Source: an uncultured cyanobacterium | GTDB lineage: Bacteria > Cyanobacteriota > Cyanobacteriia > Cyanobacteriales > Cyanobacteriaceae | Reading direction: 5' to 3' | DNA length: 64,000 nucleotides | Assembly: GCA_963710605.1 (NCBI GenBank) | Contig: CAVQBA010000004.1 | Location: 928,001-992,000, forward strand | Part shown: positions 53,829 to 64,000 of the stretch, piece by piece | Layout: each line of letters begins with the position of its first letter | Position numbering within the stretch: the first letter of the stretch is position 1 | Translations under genes and position numbers: made by a program | The notes under the pieces: generated by a model | Told to the model about the DNA's origin: nothing | The model's input: only the letters and a program-made list of their open reading frames with translations | The model's database searches: none

Positions 53829-54656
53829 ATGTCTTTATCACTAACTCATTCTCGTGCAGAAGTTTTAGCTATTGTTCAAGAAAATAAAAGTCTTGAAGGG
53901 GCAAATTTACAAAATATGGATTTGTCAGAAGTAGATTTATCTTCAGCTAATTTAGAAAACGCTAATTTGATTGGTGTCGATTTATCTTCAGCTAATTTAG
54001 AAAATGCTAATTTAAAAGGTGCTGATTTGAGAGGCGTATCTTTTCAAGGTGCTAATTTAAAAGGTGCTAATTTAAGTGATAGTTTGTTACAACGATCGCA
54101 ATTACAAGGTGTTAATTTAAGCAATGCCAACTTAGAATCTGCCAAACTAGATTTAGCATATTACGATAGTCATACCCAATGGCCAGATAACTATCAATAT
54201 ACCAAATCAGGAGCAGTTGGACCAAAAGCTTCATTGAGCTGTGCTTTTTTGAATACAGCTAATTTACGCAACATTGACTTAAGTGGAGCAAATTTACGTG
54301 GTGCATATCTTAGTGGTGCGGATTTAACAGGAGCGAATTTAGCAGGGGCGGCACTTAGCGGTGCTAATTTAAAGTATGCTTTTTTGACAGGTGCAAATTT
54401 GGCAGGGGCGATATTTGTTTCGGCTGAATTAGAAGGTGCAGATATGCGAGCAACTAATTTAACGGATGCTAATTTTGATAATTTGCAAAGTATTGCTGGT
54501 GCTGATTTTAGTTTAGCTTGTGGTTTGAATGAGCGTACTAGAGCAATTTTTCATAGTTTTTCTTCTCAAGATTTAAATACATGGAATACTTTTACTCGTA
54601 ATAATACCAAAAACAGTTTAGAAGGTTTACGCTCAGACGATTTGATTGCTAACTAA
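53829..54656 (+). CDS. Pentapeptide repeat protein
   Basis: Two blocks of A(N/D)LXX repeats split by YD..T.WP...SGAVGP. Confidence 0.9.
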   Translation: MSLSLTHSRAEVLAIVQENKSLEGANLQNMDLSEVDLSSANLENANLIGVDLSSANLENANLKGADLRGVSFQGANLKGANLSDSLLQRSQLQGVNLSNANLESAKLDLAYYDSHTQWPDNYQYTKSGAVGPKASLSCAFLNTANLRNIDLSGANLRGAYLSGADLTGANLAGAALSGANLKYAFLTGANLAGAIFVSAELEGADMRATNLTDANFDNLQSIAGADFSLACGLNERTRAIFHSFSSQDLNTWNTFTRNNTKNSLEGLRSDDLIAN

Positions 54657-54698
54657 ACTACAGTTAACTTGATTACTAATAAAATTAATTTTCTCCTG

Positions 54699-55610
54699 AT
54701 GAATCAAAATAATATCGCTTACAAAGCTAATTCTATTCAAATATCTCCTGAAGAAACCGATCGATTATTAATTCAAGTAGAAGAAAAATTATTCGTACAA
54801 AAAAATTTCGATTTTAATGATCATAAAACGATCGCACTTATGGTTGAAAGTATGGGCGATTCACGGGGAATGATGCGATTAAAATTCGCTGAAAGATTAG
54901 GTATAGTTGGTAAACCAGCAACTCCTTTTTTACTCGAAGCCTTAGCCAATCACTCTAATCCTGTCGTCAGACGTGCTAGTGCTAAAACCCTAACCTTAAT
55001 TGCTGATCCTGAAAACGTACCACATTTGATTTATTCTTTACTTCACGACGAAGACTTAGTGGTCAAAAACTCTTGTATAGGTGCTTTAGCCCGTACAGGT
55101 AAAGCCTCTGTACCAGAATTATTAAAAATTATCGCTAATGAATCAGACGAAGCCTTAAAAGGTCACGCCGCTTGGGCTTTAGCTTTTATTGGTAGTAAAG
55201 CAGAAGAGTATCTTTATCAAGCCCTAAATTCTGATTCAATTGATGTTCGTTGTGCGGTGATTAATGCCCTAGGTAGTTTAGTACAAGAGCGAGATGATGA
55301 AAATGCTTTAAAAATTTTAGTTGATTCTCTTCAGGATTCTGAACCAATTATTCGTAGTGAGGCGGCCGCTATTTTAAGTAAAATAAATCGTCCTGAAGTC
55401 GTTGATAATTTACTCGCTTCGATCGATGATTCTTCTGCTGAAGTACGTAAAGCGATCGCCTTAGCATTAATGAAAATAGGTAATATAGAAACGATTAAGC
55501 CCTTAGAGCAAGCATTACAAAACGAAACCGAAGATCGTATTAAACCAATTTTTACATTGGCTATTAATCAAATTAAACGTAATGCCGATTTAACTGATGA
55601 TGATTGGTAA
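54699..55610 (+). CDS. HEAT-repeat phycobilin lyase-like protein (CpeF/MpeV-like)
   Basis: GDSRGM.RL..AE.LG..G.PATPFLL.AL..H.N.VVRRA.AKTLTLI; PBS HEAT repeats; subfamily assignment from memory, unverified. Confidence 0.7.
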   Translation: MNQNNIAYKANSIQISPEETDRLLIQVEEKLFVQKNFDFNDHKTIALMVESMGDSRGMMRLKFAERLGIVGKPATPFLLEALANHSNPVVRRASAKTLTLIADPENVPHLIYSLLHDEDLVVKNSCIGALARTGKASVPELLKIIANESDEALKGHAAWALAFIGSKAEEYLYQALNSDSIDVRCAVINALGSLVQERDDENALKILVDSLQDSEPIIRSEAAAILSKINRPEVVDNLLASIDDSSAEVRKAIALALMKIGNIETIKPLEQALQNETEDRIKPIFTLAINQIKRNADLTDDDW

Positions 55611-56020
55611 TTAGTGGATATGGGGTAATCTTTGTTTAGTTTTTACTTAAAATATCGGTACAAAGCAAATCCTTGACCATCAATTAGAAAAATTAGTTGT
55701 CTTAGCAAAGGGAGAATCAATTGAAGGCAATTATTTTTATTTATAATCTAAAATATATAACTTAATAAGACAGTTACGATTAACAGCTTAGATAGCAATT
55801 TATATATGTTTGAGGACGATCGTTTAATAGTATTAAGCCAAATTAAAATGTAAATTATCTAAAAATAATGTCAAAATTAATTTTAATGATCATCAAATTA
55901 CTGCCATTGTTAAAATGAAGATACTCAACATACAAATATTACTTTATGTTAACAATAATCTTGATCTAACATTAATCTGAGCAATTTAATCTTCATTTCC
56001 AGTCGCTAATTATTAATTAT

Positions 56021-59000
56021 ATGTCTAATTTATGGTTGTTTTTATTATTAGTCTGTTTTGCTTCTCTCAGTTTTTATCTTTTTATTCGTAATAATAAATT
56101 ATTAGCCAAGCAACAGAAATTATTATATCAGCTGAATTTTACTAAACAAAATATTAGAACGCAACAAGATAGACTAGAATTATTCAGAGAAAAAATTAGC
56201 TATTCACAGAAATTAGAAGTAATCCAGAAAATAACTAATGAACATACTGATGTAGCACTTATTTACGAATTAGTAATTGATGTTTTAGTTGATTTTTTGA
56301 AGTTGGAAATGGTTTATATTATCGTTATTGATTCAGCAAAAAAAATAATTAAAATTAAAAATTTTAAAACCAAATTAAATGACTTAAAAGAGAATAAACT
56401 GCCACTAATTAATCAGCAATTAGACATTACCTTTAAAGATGATCAATTAAATTATCTTGTTGATGACGAGTTAGATATACTTCAGCAATTAATAGATATT
56501 CCCTCAGATAGTAACATCAATACAGGAATCAACTTTAGTATCTTTGAAGCAAACCAAAACACAAAACGAGAAATAATCGGTTTGTATGCTGAGTATGATG
56601 ATATTTGTAGCCCGAAAACGATCGATTTTATTAGTAAAGTTATTACTCAATTAGAAACTGTCAAACAAAAAAATCAGCAACAAGAAAAGTATTATCTTTT
56701 AGAAAGGGCAATTAACTCTAGTACAAATGGTATTGTAATTGTCTCTGTAGAAGACGATAATGGCATAATTTATGTTAACGAAGGTTTTGAAAAAATAACA
56801 GGTTATAAGTTACAAAATATAATTGGTCAAAACTGTCGATTCTTACACGGCGAAGATAGACAACAACCAGGAATAGATGAAATTAGACAAGCAATCATCA
56901 ATCAACAACCAACAACAGTAACTATCCGTAATTATCGCCAAAATGAAGAATTATTTTGGAATGAAATTTATTTTTCTCCTGTTTACAATCAGCAAGGGCA
57001 AGTAACTAATTTTATCGGGATTCAAACTGATGTAACACAAAAATATCAAACCGAAAAAAAATTAGAGAGAAAAACTAAAGAATTAGAAATTTCTAATCAA
57101 CAGTTAAATATAACTAACGAAATTAATTTAAATATAGACAGCGATCTAAATCAATTACTAAACTTATATTTAGAAAAAGTTAATTCGATTGTTGATATTG
57201 ATATTATCTTAATCTCTGAATCAGTAGCGAATAAACATCCGATCGTAGCATTATATGATTCTTTATCTCAATCAGAAGTTTATACTAACGAAAATAATTT
57301 AATTAGTTATTTTGCTGAGCAAGTATTAGTTAATAAAAATATTTATTTTTACAATCAAGCTAATCCAGACAATAGTAACATCGATAAGTCGTTGTTAGAA
57401 AATATCAGTTTTGGTTTTTATATCGGTGTACCTATTTATTTAGAGCAGAATATTTATGGTGTTTTGCACTTATTAAATCTATCTGAAGATGAATCTAAAT
57501 TTAATGAAAGTAAAAATCTGATTAAGGCAATTTCTCAAAGAATAAGTAGGATAATTAAAACTCAAGAAATAACGTTAGAAAAAGAACAAATTAATATCGC
57601 TTTACAAGAAAGTCAAGAAAGATTATCTACTACTATTTCCTCACTAGAAGATGTTGTTTGGTCAATTCATCCTGATACATTTCAATTAATTTATATTAAT
57701 CAAGCTGCTGAAAATTTATTTAATATTCCCTTAGCTAAATTATTTAAAACCAAATTATATTGGCTAGATTTAATTGATTCTCAGCAAAGAGCGGCAATTG
57801 AAGAGCAATACAGTAGCTTATTAAATATTTCTTTATTAAATAATCAGAATCATTATCATGACTTAGAATATCGTGTTTTGTTAGAAGATGGTAGCGAAAA
57901 ATACTTCAGAGATAGAGCTCATGTTATTTATGATGACGGAGGAAGCAAAATAAGTGTAAATGGTATTTTAACAGATATAACTAATACAGTAAAAGCACAA
58001 AAAGCCTTAACTAAAAGTGAACAAGAATTTAGACTAATGTTCGAGTTAGCACCGATTGGAATGATGATTACTAATAAAGAAGGTAAAATCATACAGGTTA
58101 ATAATTCTTTTTGCGAACTTTTAAAAACAACTCCTAATCAATTAATTAATATCAATGAAAAGTCTTTAATTCATCCTGATAGTATTCAAAGTTTTATCGA
58201 TTTTAAAATAAAAATTCTGACTGAATTACTTGAATATGATCAAGAAGAAATATGTTTACTAGCGAGTAATGGTTCGTTAGTTTATACGATATTCAATATT
58301 ACTGTTTTACGAGATGATAAAGGGGAAGTTAAGCAATTTATTCAGCAAATTATTGATGTTTCAGAATTAAAAATTATCAGAGAGGAAATGTTTTATGAGA
58401 CATTTTATGATAACTTAACCAGTTTACCTAATAGATTTCTTTTTATCGATCGAATTAAGCAATATTTAAAACTTCAAAACAAAAATAGTTGCTATGCCGT
58501 TTTATTAATAGATATAGATAATTTTAAAAAAATCAACGACAGTTGGGGACATCAAATTGGCGACGAATTACTAGTTTTAATCTCTGTAAAAATGGCTAAC
58601 TGTCTTGGTAGTAAAGATGTTTTAGCAAGAATTAGTGGTGATGAATTTGTCATTTTCTTACCTGATGTTGAGTCGATTACAGAAGTAGAAGATATTGTCC
58701 AAAAAATTATGGTTTCTTGTCGGATTAATACTACATTACAAGATAAAACAGTTATTTGTTCGGTAAGTATTGGTATTGCCTTTGGTAAAACTAAAACAGA
58801 TGAACCAGAAGAAATGATTAGAGATGCAGATTTAGCAATGTATTCGGCTAAGGAAAAGGGTAAAAATAATTATCAAATATTCGCTAATTCGATGCGTTTA
58901 GGATTAGTTAAAAAAATTAATCTAGAATCTTCGCTTTCTCAAGCCGTAGAAAAACAAGAATTAAAATTGTATTATCAACCTATTATCTGTCTGCAAACGG

Positions 59001-59683
59001 GAAAAATAGCAGGATTTGAAGCTCTAATTCGTTGGTTTAGCCCCATTCATGGCTTAGTTTCTCCTATAGAGTTTATTCCTCTTGCTGAAGAAACAGGATT
59101 AATTATTTCTTTAGGAGAATGGATTTTGTTATCAGCGACTCAGCAAATCAAACAATGGCAAAATAAATATCGTGATTTGAATTTATTTGTGGCGGTTAAT
59201 ATTTCTAGTAAACAGTTATTACATCCTGATTTCTTAATTTTAGTAGATCAAGTGTTGCGAAAGACTCAAATAAATTCTTCCTTACTAAAAATTGAAATAA
59301 CAGAGACTATATTGATGGAAAAATATGAATATGCTCGACAAGTACTCGAAAACCTTAAATCTCGTGGTTTAAAAATTAGCTTGGATGATTTTGGTACAGG
59401 TTATTCATCTTTAAGCTATCTTAATCGTTTACCGTTTGATAATTTGAAAATTGATCAGTCTTTTATCAAGTCTTTGATAACACCCCAACAGCCCACACCT
59501 ATTGTTGAGGCAATTGTCAATTTAGCAGATAGCCTTTGTTTGAGTGTAGTTGCCGAAGGAATTGAAACACAGGTACAAGAAAAAATACTCAAAAATATCA
59601 ATTGTCGATACGGGCAAGGATACTTGTATGCTAAACCCCTTAGTGTTTTAGAAGCTGAAGATTTTATTGACAAAAATAGCTAA
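56021..59683 (+). CDS. Membrane-anchored PAS/GAF + GGDEF-EAL c-di-GMP signalling protein; first PAS has a LOV-like NCRFL motif
   Basis: GQNCRFLH, SGDEF, FEALIRW, DDFGTGYSS. Confidence 0.9.
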   Translation: MSNLWLFLLLVCFASLSFYLFIRNNKLLAKQQKLLYQLNFTKQNIRTQQDRLELFREKISYSQKLEVIQKITNEHTDVALIYELVIDVLVDFLKLEMVYIIVIDSAKKIIKIKNFKTKLNDLKENKLPLINQQLDITFKDDQLNYLVDDELDILQQLIDIPSDSNINTGINFSIFEANQNTKREIIGLYAEYDDICSPKTIDFISKVITQLETVKQKNQQQEKYYLLERAINSSTNGIVIVSVEDDNGIIYVNEGFEKITGYKLQNIIGQNCRFLHGEDRQQPGIDEIRQAIINQQPTTVTIRNYRQNEELFWNEIYFSPVYNQQGQVTNFIGIQTDVTQKYQTEKKLERKTKELEISNQQLNITNEINLNIDSDLNQLLNLYLEKVNSIVDIDIILISESVANKHPIVALYDSLSQSEVYTNENNLISYFAEQVLVNKNIYFYNQANPDNSNIDKSLLENISFGFYIGVPIYLEQNIYGVLHLLNLSEDESKFNESKNLIKAISQRISRIIKTQEITLEKEQINIALQESQERLSTTISSLEDVVWSIHPDTFQLIYINQAAENLFNIPLAKLFKTKLYWLDLIDSQQRAAIEEQYSSLLNISLLNNQNHYHDLEYRVLLEDGSEKYFRDRAHVIYDDGGSKISVNGILTDITNTVKAQKALTKSEQEFRLMFELAPIGMMITNKEGKIIQVNNSFCELLKTTPNQLININEKSLIHPDSIQSFIDFKIKILTELLEYDQEEICLLASNGSLVYTIFNITVLRDDKGEVKQFIQQIIDVSELKIIREEMFYETFYDNLTSLPNRFLFIDRIKQYLKLQNKNSCYAVLLIDIDNFKKINDSWGHQIGDELLVLISVKMANCLGSKDVLARISGDEFVIFLPDVESITEVEDIVQKIMVSCRINTTLQDKTVICSVSIGIAFGKTKTDEPEEMIRDADLAMYSAKEKGKNNYQIFANSMRLGLVKKINLESSLSQAVEKQELKLYYQPIICLQTGKIAGFEALIRWFSPIHGLVSPIEFIPLAEETGLIISLGEWILLSATQQIKQWQNKYRDLNLFVAVNISSKQLLHPDFLILVDQVLRKTQINSSLLKIEITETILMEKYEYARQVLENLKSRGLKISLDDFGTGYSSLSYLNRLPFDNLKIDQSFIKSLITPQQPTPIVEAIVNLADSLCLSVVAEGIETQVQEKILKNINCRYGQGYLYAKPLSVLEAEDFIDKNS

Positions 59684-59804
59684 TTTTAAAGTAAAAAAAT
59701 CAAATAAATATTATCTAGTCACGATCAAACTCAACCAATAAATAAAAATATCTCGTTTTTGTAAACATTGTTTTAATTAGTTGAGATAATCGTTGATTAA
59801 TTAT

Positions 59805-61842
59805 TTAATCCACAGTTTCATAATCTCCTGTGATAGTTAAATCCTGACTTTCATCAAAATCATCATCAAATTCATCTTCTAGTTCACTTAAACCAGTCAA
59901 AATTTCGTCTTCTATACTTTTGAAGTCGTCATCATCATTATTATCATCATCATCGATACTTTCAAAAAGTGTACCAATACCTTCTACTTCACTTTTAGAA
60001 TTATTAAAGTTATCTCCTGAAGTATTTTGATTTGACTCATAAGCTTTAGCACCCAAATTAACAATTAAATCACGGAAATCATTAACTAAATTTTCTACCT
60101 GCGATACAGAAATAGACGGGCTATTAATTGCTTCTTCGATCGCTTTATAGTCAGACTGAATTTGAGTTTTAAGATTTTCATTGACCAAATCAGGACTTTT
60201 TTCTAACATCAAACGATAGCTATACATCAAACTATCTACTTGTTTTTTAATTTCGACTAATTCAATTCGACGGCGATCTTGATTAGCAAATTTTTCAGCT
60301 TGCGATCGCATCTGTTCAATCTCAGCCGAACTTAATGCACCTGTATTCGTAATTAAGATACTGTTTTCTTGCCCAGTGCCTTTATCTGTTGCCGAAACTT
60401 TAAGAATACCATCAACATCAATATCAAAAGATACTTCAATCTGAGGTAATCCTCTTGGGGCTGGCGGAATACCTGTGAGTAAAAATTTACCTAAACTTTT
60501 GTTATCCTTCGCCATTGGGCGTTCACCCTGTAACACGTGTACTTCTACAGAATTTTGTCCATCTACGGCGGTAGAAAATACTTGAGTCCGACTTGTCGGG
60601 ATTGTTGTATTACGTTCGATTATCTTAGTAAAGACTTCTCCTAATGTCTCTAAACCTAAAGATAAAGGAGTGACATCTAATAAAAGTAAATCACGAACTT
60701 CTCCCCCTAAAACACCTCCTTGCACTGCCGCACCTAATGCCACTGCTTCATCAGGATTAATCGATTGAATCGATTACCATTTCTTTGCCAAAATGAGATT
60801 GGATTTTATTAGCAATTGCAGGAGTACGTGTTGAGCCACCAACTAAAACAATTCGATTAATTTCGTCTTTACTTAATCCCGAATCATTAATTGCTTGCTC
60901 CATCGGTGAAATAATTTGTTCAACTAAAGGAGAGATTAAATCCTCTAATTGAGAACGAGATAATTCTAATTCCAAATGTAATGGGCCATTATCATCAGCA
61001 GTAATAAAAGGTAAATTGATTGAAGTTTGGTTGAGATTAGATAACTCAATTTTTGCTTTTTCAGCGGCTTCTCGTAATCTTTGTAAAGCCATTTTATCGT
61101 TTCTTAGATCAATACCTTCTTGCTGATCAAATGTATCAATTAACCATCGAACAATAACCGCATCAAAATCATCTCCACCTAACTGATTATTTCCTGAAGT
61201 TGAAACTACTTCAAAAATACCATTCCCCAATTGCAAAATAGAAACATCAAAAGTTCCGCCACCCAAATCAAAAACCAAAACGAATTGTTCTTGATCTTGT
61301 TTGTCTAAGCCATAGGCTAAAGCCGCCGCTGTCGGTTCGTTAATAATTCGCATTACCTCCAAACCAGCAATTACGCCTGCATCTTTAGTCGCTTGTCTTT
61401 GAGCATCCGTAAAATAAGCAGGAACTGTAATAACGGCTTTAGAAACGTCTTCTCCTAAAAATGTCTCCGCATCAGTTTTAAGCTTTTGTAAAACCATCGC
61501 CGAGATTTCTTGAGGAGTAAATTCTTCATTCTGAACATTAATATTGACTGTATTGTCTTTTCCTGTAACACAATTGTAAGTTACACGATCTCGATCTTCT
61601 TCGGTTTCTTGCCAGCGACGACCAATAAAACGTTTGATACTATAAACAGTGTTTTGAGCATTAGTGACACCTTGTCTTTTAGCTAACTGCCCAACCAAAC
61701 GCTGATCATTTTTACCAAAACCAACAATACTTGGTGTAGTACGAGAACCTTCTTGATTCGTGATTACAAGAGGCTTACCTCCTTCTAATACAGCTACACA
61801 ACTGTTTGTCGTTCCTAAGTCGATTCCGATTACCTTTCCCAT
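59805..61842 (-). CDS. dnaK: Chaperone DnaK (grpE-linked paralog with acidic tail), split by a +1 indel near 60768
   Basis: [34 protein letters not shown]; removing one base gives [17 protein letters not shown]. Confidence 0.92.
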
Positions 61843-61988
61843 GATTTATGATGATGGCGGAGTATTTTGATTTTAAAGTAAAAATTTTAATTAATTAGTT
61901 TAGGCTATCGCAATTATAGTCAAGAAGCAATAAGCATACTAGTTAGTTTTTCATTGTTTGTCCAACTAACTTATGGTTATTTTGACGA

Positions 61989-62762
61989 TTAACTAACAGT
62001 TTCTTCTTCTGCTTCAGTTGCTACTTTAACCATTGCATGACGTAATACTTGATCTTGAAGTAAGTAACCTCTAACTAATTCTTCAATTACTGTACCCTCA
62101 GGATACTCATTAGTTGGCTCTCTTAACATTGCTTCATGATAGTTAGGATCAAATATTTCTCCTTCAGGACGCATTGCTGATACACCTACTTTCTTTAAAC
62201 AATCAACAAAGGTTTTGTAAACTCCTTGATAGCTTTTATGAATAGCCTTCTCACCATCATTTGAGGGTTTAATTTGACTTCTAGCTCTTTCAAAATTATC
62301 AACAACTGATAACAATTCGGTCAAAGTTCTTTTTTTGATTTGTTGTTCTAATTCTTCTTTTTCTTTAGCTGTACGACGACGGAAATTTTCAAAATCGGCG
62401 TTTAGTCTTGTGTGTTGATTGTGAGTGTTTTGTGCTTCTAAGGTTTGAGCTTCTAATTGATTCTGAAGACTCGTAATTTGAGCTTCTAAATTAGCAATGG
62501 TTGTTTGTGTGTCTTCTTCTGTAACTATTTGTTCTGGTGTATCATCACTTATTGATTGTTGTTCTTCTACTACTAATACTTCCTGAGTATCTGGTTGAGC
62601 AGAAACTGTTTCTTCTGTTATTGGGTTATTTAACTGATTATCAATAATATTCACTTCGACGTTTTGTGTCGATAAATCATTTTCTAACACGGTAGCTTTT
62701 TCTTCTGGGATAGGCTCTAAATTATCGAGGGTATTATCTGTATATTTTTCTGTTTCACTCAT
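61989..62762 (-). CDS. grpE: Nucleotide exchange factor GrpE
   Basis: [28 protein letters not shown]....VLRHAMVKV. Confidence 0.95.
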   Translation of the reverse strand: MSETEKYTDNTLDNLEPIPEEKATVLENDLSTQNVEVNIIDNQLNNPITEETVSAQPDTQEVLVVEEQQSISDDTPEQIVTEEDTQTTIANLEAQITSLQNQLEAQTLEAQNTHNQHTRLNADFENFRRRTAKEKEELEQQIKKRTLTELLSVVDNFERARSQIKPSNDGEKAIHKSYQGVYKTFVDCLKKVGVSAMRPEGEIFDPNYHEAMLREPTNEYPEGTVIEELVRGYLLQDQVLRHAMVKVATEAEEETVS

Positions 62763-63190
62763 AATAATGATGACAATTAATTTTTTAGCTTAGTTTGAAC
62801 AACTTAAATAGTTTTTGAATAAACTTTGATTATTTTCTAGATTAACAAAATCTCGATCGAATCAGGATTTGTTTACCGAACAATAATTCTTGCTTAGATA
62901 AAAATCTCTATGACATTATACAAGTTCACCAACAAAGTTTTTATCTACCAAAATGAACGTTTATGCTCATTTTTGTTTTTTGGTAAATTAACACCACTTC
63001 ATTTTAATTTATTCAGTACCCAAATTTAAGTAAATATTAATCAGTGCGACAACAATTAAATCTTGATATTTTCAGTCTCCGATTTTGATTAAGCTGATTT
63101 TTAAGTTCTACCTCCAAATAATATAATAATAAAGAGTTAAAATTTTAAAGTTGATCCTGCTCTACAAGTTTATGTCACTCAACATTTTTC

Positions 63191-64000
63191 ATGAAAATAA
63201 ATAAAAATAATTGTTTGCTCGACAAAATCATCACTAAAATTCAAACATCATCATCAGAAAAAATAACTTTTGCTGAATATATGGATTTATGTCTTTATGA
63301 TCAACAATATGGTTATTACAACTTACCTAATTTAGAAATTGGTACTAAGGGAGATTTTTTTACTTCCACTACTATTTCCGCTGATTTTGCTCAATTATTA
63401 GCTATTCAACTAAAACAGTTTTGGGAGGTGTTAGGTAAACCAAAACCTTTTTATTTAATTGAAATGGGTGCAGGTAATGGTAATCTTGCTTTTGATATTC
63501 TTCAATTTTTAGTTGAGATATCTCCTGAATTTGTTTCTAATTTAAAATACATAATTATTGAAAAATCGCTGAGTTTAAGACAAAAGCAACAAGAGTATTT
63601 ACAAGAAAAATTACAGTTAGAAAAATTTGATCTTAGTTGGTGTAGTTTAGATGATTTGTCCTCAGAGTCGATCGTTGGTTGTTTTTTTAGTAATGAATTA
63701 ATTGATGCTATGCCTGTACATTTAATTACATGGCAAAACCAAAAGATAAAAGAAATTTACCTAACTTATCAAGACGGTAAAATCCAAGAACAAGTAGGCG
63801 ATTTATCTACTTCTAATCTGCTTGATTATCTATCTTTAACTGAAATTACATTTTCCGATATTTATCCCCAAGATTATCGTACCGAAATTAATCTACAAGC
63901 TTTAGATTGGCTTAAAACAGTCGCCAATAAACTAAAACAGGGCTATATACTAACGATCGACTACGGATATATTGCGAACAAATATTATCATCCTCAACGT
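63191..64000 (+). CDS. SAM-dependent methyltransferase, MidA/NDUFAF7 (DUF185) family, 3' partial
   Basis: Manual translation from ATG 63191: ITFAEYMDLCLY....GYY, GDFFTS, IEMGAG.G, FSNELIDA.PV, TIDYG. Confidence 0.85.
   Translation, partial: MKINKNNCLLDKIITKIQTSSSEKITFAEYMDLCLYDQQYGYYNLPNLEIGTKGDFFTSTTISADFAQLLAIQLKQFWEVLGKPKPFYLIEMGAGNGNLAFDILQFLVEISPEFVSNLKYIIIEKSLSLRQKQQEYLQEKLQLEKFDLSWCSLDDLSSESIVGCFFSNELIDAMPVHLITWQNQKIKEIYLTYQDGKIQEQVGDLSTSNLLDYLSLTEITFSDIYPQDYRTEINLQALDWLKTVANKLKQGYILTIDYGYIANKYYHPQR

Noticed and set aside
59805-61842. dnaK as a true pseudogene or split gene
   Set aside because: A single indel with no other decay, at a restored GATC; more likely a sequencing error, although unverified

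Overview
AT-rich cyanobacterial chromosome segment. HIP1 GCGATCGC/CGATCG sites are abundant, and psbA, psb28, ndhL and the beta-carboxysome ccmK2K1LMN genes are present; it looks like a unicellular Cyanobacterium/Geminocystis-type genome, which is an inference. Most genes are housekeeping (lpdA, dusA, rnc, mnmA, moaB, rnj, dapA, asd, uppS, trpA, galE, grpE-dnaK). Accessory patches: (1) 1-4.4 kb, a defence hotspot with an Eco47II/Sau96I-type (GGNCC) restriction endonuclease joined by an A10/A-AAA-AAG -1 junction to a start-less HTH plus C5 methyltransferase (possible R-M fusion or recoding), a truncated rhodanese, HicBA and a duplicated gene start. (2) A PEP-CTERM gene enclosed by ~50-bp inverted repeats, resembling a cargo-carrying non-autonomous element. 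(3) A secreted ~19-repeat TPR gene with groove-focused variation, bracketed by REPIN-like direct repeats and gene debris. (4) A tnpB-only IS200/IS605 element interrupting a carotenoid oxygenase gene. Many small nested repeats are present (TATAG..CTATA elements, a 39-bp hairpin insert, an SDR5-like HIP1 insert, heptamer arrays). Four apparent frameshifts fall at GGNCC or GATC sites and are probably methylation-linked sequencing errors. No rRNA, tRNA or CRISPR array was seen.
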